Part shown: positions 13,579-23,338 of the stretch, in pieces
Layout of the letters: each line of letters opens with the position of its first letter
Position numbering within the stretch: the stretch's first letter is position 1
Source of the DNA: Spizellomyces punctatus DAOM BR117
Lineage: Eukaryota
Reading direction: 5' to 3' (one strand)
DNA length: 64,000 nucleotides
NCBI GenBank assembly: GCA_000182565.2
Contig: KQ257450.1
Position numbers and translations under genes: made by a program
Notes under the pieces: model-generated
Told to the model about the DNA's origin: nothing
Seen by the model: the letters and a program-made list of their open reading frames with translations, nothing else
The model's database searches: none

Positions 13579-15004
13579 CTACAAGCAGAGGTGATGATGC
13601 TCTACATATCCGATACCCCACTCTGCGGAATCTGTCACCCTATCGTCTACAATGGAATGGCCATTCAGATCAACTTTAATACGGGTGGTCCCACCGGTAT
13701 GCTGACATTCTGATGAGATCCTATACTGCGCCGGGAGATGGTAGTAACCTTTCTCTCCGCAGATGTCATACTTCAACAGGTAACTCGTTAATGCTGAATC
13801 ACCCTGTCGATTTTGAATAAGGGAGACGTCTGCTGGGTTCCACAAGCTAAAGAGAGGATCGTGATGGTGGGCAAAATATGCAGCAAGGACCGAGTCTACA
13901 GACATCAAAGTCATTTTAGGATTGTAGATCGCTGTTGAGGTCGCATTGCTTGCGCACGTACCTTGACCATCAGGGGACGTGGACATTATAGCATTGAGAG
14001 TGATATTCCAGCTATGTGCGCGCAATATCGACCTGCATTTCAAGTTCCGGCAGTGTGATGAGAGACAATCCTGAGATTGCCACAATATGGAAATATTCGC
14101 ATCAAACTCACCATTTGTAGTCTTTATTTACCGGAATAATTTGACCCCACCGATGACTCTGCAAAAGCAGTACGAGGATTATTGATCAGTATATACCCAC
14201 CGGTTTCTAACTTTCAGAAACGAAACTCTAATGCGTCGGCACGTACGTGAAAGCCGACATTTTGAATTGTCCACCTTTCGCCATCCGCGAACTCTACCCA
14301 TCCGTCGACGTGAGCACGAGGGATCGGGACAATGAAATTGAAAAATGGGAAGACGCTAACCGAAGAGTCGTATTGCCGAGGAATGAATGGCATGGAAATC
14401 ATACTTTCAGATATCAAAGATGTTAGACACATCCCGCAATCGACAGTTGTTGTGCCTCCACACATTTTAAACCCAGGGCTTACTTTTCGTAAGTCAATCT
14501 AGCTCTAAAACCTTCGATAGCAATTTCCAGCTCGTAGTATTTCATATCCGGCGTCCAGGAAAATTTGTTAGATCCCATTGTGAGCGAGTGATTTCCTTGT
14601 TCGCGGTACACTGATGTCGACTTCACGCTCTTTGTCCAGTGAGTTCCATTGGGTAGAGTATACTCTACGACGAAGACAGGATCGTACCCTCCGTGCGCAG
14701 GGTCGTTCAAATACCAGTTGAAGAAGAACTCGGTGTTGTTTTGCAACAGCACCACATCGAAATGCCATGATTCGAAGGCACCTTCACCAAAATGTCGTAA
14801 GCGCGGTGCATCAAAAGATCCATTTAATGCCAACGGAGGGAATCTCTGACAACTGCGGTAGGGAAGATCGAAGGCTGTCAAATGTGGGTCATCAACGAAA
14901 ACATGTGAAGCGAGATTCGTTATGGGGGTTTGTTGGATGAGCGATGGTGTCGGTGCGCCTTGGACGCCGCACAATAAGGCACAGAAAAGGACTATGAGGA
15001 TCAT
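13579..15004 (-). CDS. Secreted Diels-Alderase/AttH (lipocalin-like double beta-barrel) family protein, multi-exon
   Basis: Signal peptide MILIVLFCALLCGVQG; FDAP...ESWHFD (cf. DAP...EWWYFD); PIPRAHV; GFH/SHRWG across an intron (cf. GYHDHNWG); C-terminal GIGYVE. Confidence 0.65.
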
Positions 15005-15097
15005 TTGGGTGATGAAAGCTTCAAATGATGATGGCAAGAGGGCAGTACGAACGCTCACTCATAAAAGAGCAAATAGAACTGGGCTTGCAACTGCCCT

Positions 15098-15145
15098 ATC
15101 CACATCGTCCACCAGGACCAAAACGCGCCTGTCCGCTACGTCCAA
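15098..15145 (+). promoter_or_regulatory. Two cluster motifs (ATCCAC ATC GTCCAC at 15098; GTCCGC TAC GTCCAA at 15131) in the divergent DAase/AsnB promoter
   Basis: One exact copy and one copy with a single mismatch. Confidence 0.75.
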
Positions 15146-15293
15146 ACTGTTGCTCTGCCATCCATTGCGAGAATGAATTTTATATTCTGCGGCATATTTG
15201 TACAGCTCCGCTTGTCGCAAAGTATTTCAGTGCCGGGTGCTTGATATCTCATTTGCTTTCTTACTCGAAACTCGCAAGACACTCTCCTTAGCG

Positions 15294-17970
15294 ATGTGTG
15301 GGATCACTGCCTTTGTTGATACGGGGGGCCGCCAGAGAGTCTCCCCTGCACAGTTAGAGTCCGCTCTCGATCTCATCCATCATCGCGGACCAGACTCGAA
15401 GGGGACATTCATTACTCCGGATAGGCGAGTCGGTAAGATAATGGACAGAATGCGGTGGATTTATGACCTTGTTGTACTCTCTAACGCAAAAGAACATAGG
15501 TCTCGGGCATAATCGTCTCGCCATCATGGGTTTGGCAACAGGACAACAGCCAATTTCAAACGAAACTGGTGATATCCATGTTGTAGTGAATGGAGAGCTG
15601 TACGGATTTGAGGCAATTCGTTCTCAATTGCACGCTGACGGCCATGTGTTCAAAACCGAAAGTGATAGCGAGATTGTAGTTCACTTGTACATATTCCTTT
15701 TCAGCTTTCAGATCACTACTGGCAAAACTAATACAATTTATATTCAGATATGAGGACCTTGGCCTGTCGTTTCTCGAGCGCCTCCGCGGCGAGTTTGCAC
15801 TCTGTCTCTGGGACAGCCGAAGGGGACTTTTCATAGCCGCCCGGGACAGGTTCGGCATCAAACCATTGTACTATAGCGTAATCAACGGAGCACTTGTCTT
15901 AGCCAGCGAAATGAAAGCATTCCTTGCTCTGGGATGGAAACCCGAATGGGATATCGAAAGCATTGTGCACGGCGGTTCCTCCTTTGATAACAGAACCGTA
16001 TTCAAAGGTGTTAGCAAGGTTTGGTCGAGTGCCTGCTCACATTGCATGGAGGTACACTCATCTTCTCGTATGCATTAGCTGCCCGCTGGAAAATATATGA
16101 CTGCGACACTCTCCGGCAGCGTCGATATCCAAACGTACTGGGATGCAGCCTACCCAGACAAGCGTGTACCAGATGTACGTAATCTAGAAGATATGATCCA
16201 AGGCGTTCGTGAACGCCTTTTCGAAGCTATCAGAGTGCGAATGCGATCGGACGTGCCTTTGGCGATCTACTTGAGCGGAGGCATAGATAGCGCTGCTATC
16301 GCAGGAATCGCGATGGCTATTCTAAGGGAGACTGACGCTAAAGCGAGTATTGATGCTTTTACCATCGCATTTCCTGGTAAAGGTATAGTTTTCCTACTCA
16401 TGTACGACTTTACTCTGGCCTGAATTTTTGCACGGGTAGGAGCTGAACAGTTCGACGAAGGACCTATTGCGGAACGCATGGCAAGACACATCGGTGCCAC
16501 ATTCCATAAGATTCCCATCACAGAGGATGACCTGGTTGCTGGATTTGAAGATGCAATATGGCATTTCGAGCACCCGATGCCAGATCTGAACGCGATCGGA
16601 AAATACCTACTGTCCAAAGAAGTCCGAGACCGCAAGTTTAAGGTGCTGTGCTAGGTTTCAATTCACTGTTGGTCGGCCTCTGTCCAATATCTGATATTGC
16701 TCAATCGCATTGTCATCATAGGTCGTGCTCACCGGTGAGGGGGCTGACGAACATTTCGCTGGATATGCTTTCTTTCTGGCGGATTACCTTCGCGAACCTG
16801 ATGTGGCGGTTGAAAATCCTTTGTCGGATGTCCAGCGAGAGGCTAAATTAAGGGAAATTGAAGGAGTGACGGGCGGATCCTATGATACAGTTCTAGTCTC
16901 AAAAATGTCATACAACGACGCTTCGGTTGGACGGCAAATGCTTAATGGAATAAGCAGCCATCGTCAACTGGCAGGGGCAGCCCAAATCCCCCAAGATATA
17001 TTTCAAAAATCGCTTATAGAGAAAACTGGTGCTCCTGATGCGTGTACCGCCCTTGCGGTAGGATTGAGTGGAATAGCTAGGGAGAATGCAAGAACGAAGG
17101 TAATGTGTATTCGTTGGTGTATTTATCTCCGAGTCATAAATTCAAGCTTGCCGTCTACTCCCCTTCTACCATCAGTGGCACCCTCTGCATACGGCTTTGG
17201 TGAGTTTCTAATGCTTGGTGCTCATTATCCCCTATAGGTATTTACTCGTTTCATCAGTATGCGGAAAGTAGGACGTTTCTGGGGAACGTATTGTGTAATG
17301 TCTTGGGAGATCGTAGCGAAATGGCTCATTCTGTTGAGGGGCGCACTCCTTTCCTCGACCATCACCTATGCGCATATGTAAACAACCTTCCACCGTGAGT
17401 ATTGTCGCCGAGGTTTTCTTATTAATTATTCTAGCAGTTAGAACAACTTAACTATGTTCGCAGCTCCGTGAAGATACGTGCGTCTCAAACAGGTGAATTG
17501 ACTGAAAAATGGATATTGCGGGAAGCAGCAAAGCCCTATATTTCGGAAGAAATTTACAATAGGCGTAAACATCCCTATTTGGCACCTGTGTCAAACCTCG
17601 CCGAATCTCCCGTCGGTGTTCTTCTCAGGCAACGTATCACAAAGGAAGCTATCGACAGGCTAGGGTGGGCTCGATGGGAGGTGGTGGAGCAATTGAAGGA
17701 ATCGTTTGAAACGACGGGGTCAACTATGGCCTTACGCACATTGCTGGTCATGTTGTCATTCGTTGTGATGAGCGAAAGGTTTAACGTGAAGATCTATGAA
17801 GACAGCTCGACAGAACTTGTCACCAACTTTAAGCAAGAGTCTAATGATAGTACCAGGGATGTGGAATCCTGCCCTGGAAGTAATCCACCGCTCTTTCAAG
17901 TAGAGACGAAGCTTCCTGACGAAGATGTATCAATGATTTCTGGATGGAGATTCTATGTTCTAATTTTCAT
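15294..17970 (+). CDS. Asparagine synthetase (glutamine-hydrolysing, AsnB)-like amidotransferase; N-terminal part of a probable AsnB-MFS fusion
   Basis: N-terminal nucleophile MCGI, HRGPD, LGHNRLAI, NGELY, SDSE, ARDRFGIKPLYY, PP-loop SGGIDS, TGEGADE, DRSEMAHSVEGRTPFLD, EKWILREA. The frame runs on into the first MFS TM helix. Confidence 0.92.
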
Positions 17971-19882
17971 GTAGTGTCTGTCCTGCGATGTGTTTTTTCA
18001 AAGGCAGGCATCTCACATAGACTTTCTCCTCATATAGGTTGGGAATGGTTGTTTTCCTTGCGGCCCTTGACCAGGTGTGTAGTGTGTTCTTGGAAATGAT
18101 TTGACTCTGATTGGTGCCATATCATAAGTAACCCTTCCACTCTCATGAAAGACCATAGTTGCCCCAGCGGTGGTCAAAATCGCCGATGAATTCAATGCTA
18201 GTTCACAGCTGTCATTGATTGGCACCGCATATCTGTTGACATCGGTTAGCGTTCAACGAGAGATTGAGTACAAGTATCAACAATTTCTGATTTACGTATC
18301 ACCCCACTTAGACATGCGTTGCCCCACTCTACGGAAAGCTGTCTGACATCTTTGGCCGGAAATACACCATTATCGCGGCAGTCTTACTGTTTTCGATTGG
18401 ATCCTTGCTATGTGGAGCATCAAACGGAATGGCGCTACTTACCGTTGGACGTGCAGTCGCCGGCTTGGGTAATTTTCGATTTGTTTCAGACAAATAGAGC
18501 AAATAGCTTACTTTCGACTGTAGGAGGCGGAGGACTAATCAGTCTCGTACTCATCATCATCGCCGATATCGTTGCAATTGGTGAACGCGCCAAATACCAA
18601 GGGCTTATGGGAGGGGTTTTTGGTCTAGCTGCTGTCGTTGGTCCGCTGGTCGGAGGTGCATTTACTGATCACTGGAGCTGGAGGTGGTGCTTCTATATCA
18701 ATCTTCCAATATGCGCTGTCGCCGCTACGGCGATATTCTTTCTTTTGCGAACTCGATCCGGAGAACCAGGGAGCGTACAGCGAAAGCTGCGGCGGCTTGA
18801 CTACATCGGCACGACCTTGATCATTGTCGGTTGTGTTTGCTTGCTGTTGCCTCTGCAGTTCGCTGGTGAACGATGGAAGTGGGACAGCCCACAAACCATT
18901 ATCCTCCTGATTCTAGGCGCGGTGTTTGCTGTCGCATTTGGATGGTCGGTCACCAAAGTCTCTGAGCCGATCCTCTCACCTCAACTTTTCAAGAACCGGA
19001 CCGCCGTTGCCCTTCTGGCTACATCCTTCTGCCTTGGTGTATCTTTCTATGCAGAAGTATTTTACACCCCGTAAGTGGCTCTTGTAGTTCCCTTCTATAT
19101 CTATCGATGCCACTCCCATTGACATTTTCGCTCTTAGAATCTACTTCCAGGTTGTTGATGGTGCCTCCTCCACTGCCGCAGGATTACAGACAATCCCTTT
19201 GATTATGGGCGTTGTTTTCATGAGCGTCTTGTCAGGTACAGTCAAAACAGCTAAAGCCTGAAACATTGATGTAGCTGACCTTGTATTGTTTTTACATGCA
19301 GGCCACCTCATTGCCAAAACAAACGTCTACCTCATTTATCCATTTATTGGTTCGGTCCTTTCTAGCATTGGGCTTGGCTTGATGTCCACTCTCAATGCAG
19401 ACTCTAAGACGTGGCAGCGAATCATTTATCTGCTCATCGCGGGATTGGGAAGTGGCAGTATTGTTCAAACAGCTGTGGTCGGCATACAGCACAGTGTGAG
19501 TCCCGACCTCATTGCAGTGGCCACCAGTGCCAACACTTTTGTCCAAATTCTTGGAGGGTAAGTTCTAAATGTCATATGCCAGATCGGTATTTCCGCGAGC
19601 GTAACTCAAGGTATTTTCCTGCTCTTCAGTGTATTTGGCATAGCCATGTCTGGTGCAGTTTACAACAACGTTCTCAATCATTGCCTCTTATCCGATGCTC
19701 CTTCCGTGGACGCTGCCAAATTGCAGTCTGCCAACGATCTTATACAGACGTTACCGGACAACGTCAGGCATGCGGTTGAAGCATGCTTCACAACGAGCCT
19801 TCAGAAGACTTTCCTATCATTAGTGCCATTTGCGGCACTTATCTTTGTCTTCATGCTGTTCACAAAGGGAAGGAAATTTTAG
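17934..19882 (+). CDS. MFS drug:H+ antiporter (DHA2, 14-TMS); C-terminal part of a probable AsnB-MFS fusion
   Basis: Spliced reading WRFYVLIFM/LGMVVFLAALDQ/TIVAPAV...AYLLTS/TCVAPLYGKLSDIFGRK...GRAVAGLGGGG...SWRWCFYINLP; stop at 19880-19882. Confidence 0.9.
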
Positions 19883-19930
19883 AGTGCTTAGGGACACTGG
19901 GTCAAACTTTGAAAGCTTGAGCATGTAGCG

Positions 19931-20117
19931 TTAGGGTTTCTAAATCTCGCCATCTGTGTATTATACGATATATCTATGCAATATGATGTCTTGCGGTAGT
20001 TGTGGCCTGGCTTCAGGGTGTTGATTAGGGTTAGCGCTCCGGATCTCGCCATCTGTGTATTATATGATATATCTATGCAATATGATGTCTTGCGGTAGTT
20101 ATAGCTGGCTTCCAGGG
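19931..20117. repeat. Tandem direct repeat (about 99-bp period, 2 copies) in the convergent 3' intergenic region
   Basis: ATCTCGCCATCTGTGTATTATAYGATATATCTATGCAATATGATGTCTTGCGGTAGTT at 19944 and 20043; each copy is preceded by TTAGGGTT. Confidence 0.9.
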
Positions 20118-20257
20118 AGATCCCATTCCTCAACACATCGCGGAATAATGCAAAGTGGATTTCAAAGCCCTAGGAAAGTTCGAGCCTAGCATATGTATTG
20201 CAAGTCATAGCGACAAATTTGTCTAAAGAATCATAGAAGTCCTGAACTGTCCTAAAT

Positions 20258-22922
20258 CTACAAGGTCTCTGTGCTCGCTGAGAGTAACAAAAGGTGGTAG
20301 CCAAAGGTTGAAAATAACAGCAGGAGAATTATCAAAGGAAGGGTGTAAGCAAGGTTGCGTGCAATTGCCCGATGATAACGACCTGCTTCTGTAATGGTGC
20401 TTTGTGATGCAGCTGATTGCACTCCTTCCCTAATGGGCATCCGACTAGTGATAGCAACGTTGCATTCGTCGAAGGTTTGAAGAATGATAGTTATTTTCGC
20501 TTTCTGGAGGGTGTCGTCCGTCGTGGAAAGCGTTAATGAGATCTTTCCATCGATATCGTTCGAGATGAAAATGTCGGTGCAAGTAGCAGAGGTTTTGGTG
20601 CTTGTAACCCCTTGCGCTAGATCCTCCGATGCAGAAGAGTCGGCGTATGATTTTCCATGTTCTGTGGACAGCTTCTTCTGCCTCCTGGTACTATCGACGG
20701 AAGAGACAGAGTTTGTGGGCTCTTTGTACCTTGTGGAGTCGTTTGGATGTGTGGTGCCGCAAGATGCTCTGTCTTTACTGGTATCGACGGAAGAGACAGA
20801 GTTTGTGGGCTCTTTGTAGTTTGTGGAATCGTTTGGATGTGTGATGTCGCAAGATGCTCTGTCTTTACGCGTAGTTGGAGAAGACTTCTTTTTACTAGCA
20901 TCGTCGGATGTTTTATGAGCTTCCGTAGTCTGCGGTTTCTTGCCTTGTCTCTCTTGCGGGGAATGACTTTCTTCTTCAAAAAAGCCTGGGAGAATTACAC
21001 GTTTGCCAGCGCGGATTCTATCCTCTGTAACTACAGCCAAGTGTCTCGGTCGTTCCAAAAACATGTGCTGCGGAACAAACAGATGCATTGCATCATAGGA
21101 GGTTCCCAACTTATGAGAGAAGGCGATAAGTTTGCGATGTTCTTCATTCATGAATCGGAGGCCGTTACTATTGAACGATTGGGTGAGAGGATCACCATCT
21201 TCAGTAATATCGGACGCATTCAACGGGAAAGGATAGTTGGAATGCTGGGCAAAAAACGTGGTGATGACATCGTTGAAATTGCAGGACAGGATTTGACTCA
21301 CGGCCTTCTTATTGTTCTGGCAATCGCAGTCGTCGTGTAGTCGGGACCACGGACCCTCTCCAGTCACGCCGGAGACTAACTCGGAATTTCCTCCGTCGAG
21401 AGAGTTTGCGATAATACAAATGTGCGGTTCATCGAGACAAGGATCAAAGTTGGTTGCCGATTGAATATCTATAGTCTCCACGTGCTTGACGGTAAAAGTG
21501 ATCTCGTTGCCGATTATGTAGCGACGCAGGACATCTTCATCTGCATCATCTCCCGGCGGTGCCAAGGCTGTCGTGGGATGAGGCTCGATGCGAAAGTAAT
21601 TTGCGTGGTATCCTGAATATTGGCAGTAGGCAATCAATTCAATGCTACTAACTAGATAACACCAAACCACTTACATACCTTGAGGACAAAAGCGATAAAC
21701 TAACAAAAATGTAGGAATATCCCTCATGACCCAGGCGTGCCTGATTGCAGGTATAGTCAAAAAGGTTGGAACGGCCGCAATTCCACGAGCTGACACACGC
21801 ACGGTCTCGCGAACCGCTCTATAAAATATAGAAGTACAAACATTACCAGCAGAACCTTGTATGCAGCAAAAGTGTTACGAAGCACTACCTTTCAACGCTT
21901 CGAGGCATTCCCATTGCCCCACATAACTTCTCCATGAAACTGCACGAAAGACGCGAGACCCATATCTGCATCATGGAGATCTCGTCGTTTATGAGGCGGG
22001 GTCCGTCCTTGCGCACCCTGTACGTACATCTGGCTGGGGTGTGCACGCAGCGGCAGATCAGCTCTTCCCCGTCGCGAAGGACGTGGGCATCGAAGGCACG
22101 CTGTTGCGAGACGCGATATATGAAGGCTTCTGCATCCGGTCGGTGCAAACATGTTTTGAAGCGGGAAAGAAAATTCGCGTAGACCAGAAAGCGAACGACA
22201 GTGCGGAAGTTCTTTACATCCCAGATGGGATGTCCTTCGCTCGAAATTGCTTTAACCCGACCGCCGTTGCCCGAATGCCTGATCTGAGGTGAGCCGGGCG
22301 GCGTAGGAAGCTGATGGTTGGGAGAAATCGGGACAGCAAGATCGAAGCTGCCACTTGCACGGGCCTTGGTCGAGTGAATAGTGTTTTCCGTGAAAAGGAG
22401 ACTGTCATAGCTCTCAGGGTCAACCCATGTGGTAAACCATTCCGATAGACCGACTTTCCGATAGAAGGCGTTGAGGGTTTCTTCCTTCCTGCTCAACCCA
22501 TTGATTTTCTCGACGGGGGTATTTTCATCACAAAGTTTTCGGTGTACTTCCATAGCTTTCGTCACCATGGCTTCCAGCTTTCTCTTGGTCAGATTGAATG
22601 CCTCCAGCGTTTGATCAGGATGTTTTCTGTACTCCCCAACTATCTCCATGAGCAGCATGGGGCGAATCTGGCATGCACAATCTCCAACGTGAGCATCAAA
22701 ATCGAGGAAGCCATCCCATGAGTACGAATTGTTCTTGATATCAGTGCTATGGCGACTCGACTCTCCGATGACTTTTGCAGGAAACAAGAGATTTTCGAAG
22801 CTCTCCAGCGCATGAAGGGCGTCTCTCGCTCCGCGGATAATCCGTCTAAGGTGGAACGGATACAGCCTCTGCAAGAGAGGTTTCTCGCGAGCAGATTCAT
22901 CGTCAAAAAGAAGAGTCGCCAT
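20258..22922 (-). CDS. Uncharacterised 842-aa cluster protein with a C-terminal hydrophobic anchor, 3 exons
   Basis: ORFs 21885-22922 and 20258-21670 join in frame through GT-AG introns 21819-21888 and 21613-21678 (2529 nt CDS). Head-to-head with the NRPS-like gene. Confidence 0.8.
20692..20868. repeat. In-frame 90-bp tandem duplication (30 aa) inside the unknown gene
   Basis: KDRASC(D/G)(I/T)THPNDST(N/R)YKEPTNSVSSVD occurs twice. Confidence 0.92.
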
Positions 22923-23095
22923 TACGAAAGTCAGTTAGAACCGCGATAACACACAGTGGAACACATATTCCCGCCGGACTCATTTATTAAGAGGACATGA
23001 TGGTAAGGCCTGCCTGCGGACTGTTCTATCCGCCTGTTGCGGGTGGCAGTGCTCTGTTTTCTGTTGTACATCGGATGATGGGAGCATTCCTCCGA

Positions 23096-23110
23096 GTCCA
23101 CCACGTCCGC
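23096..23110 (+). promoter_or_regulatory. Cluster motif (GTCCAC CAC GTCCGC) in the divergent unknown-gene/NRPS-like promoter
   Basis: Exact match, centred in the 416-bp intergenic region. Confidence 0.75.
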
Positions 23111-23338
23111 TCGCTTGGCAGCCGTGCACTGCCGGTAAACGTTGCCCCATCATAGTTTTTGTTTGCGTCATCTTTGGCGCCAGCCGCTAGGTATAGACGA
23201 ACCCGCACGACGGTCCTGCCATTCTGAAGTTTGGCCGACTCCGCCTGGAGTGAGTGGGACTCGAAACTATTAGACAAAATCCTGGCCGCCCTCGTGCAAG
23301 GAGCGTCCCCATTCTCACCGAAATCAAATATCGCAGCA

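Noticed and set aside
17468-17974. Treating TAG 17972-17974 as the definitive AsnB stop with a separate downstream MFS gene
   Set aside because: The TAG lies within a plausible intron and the first MFS helix is encoded upstream of it in the AsnB frame; kept only as a possible intron-retention isoform.
19931-20868. CRISPR array or transposon termini
   Set aside because: Only two-copy direct repeats in a eukaryotic locus; no spacers, terminal inverted repeats or transposase.
20484-21340. Long plus-strand ORFs opposite the orphan gene, and similar antisense ORFs across the window (e.g. 53206-53721, 10486-10923)
   Set aside because: Shadow frames of real genes with no motifs of their own.
23231-23338. 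N-terminal extension of the synthetase from the ORF-track start at 23231
   Set aside because: That start is TTG; the first ATG is at 23339 and gives a typical ~960-aa A-T-TE protein.
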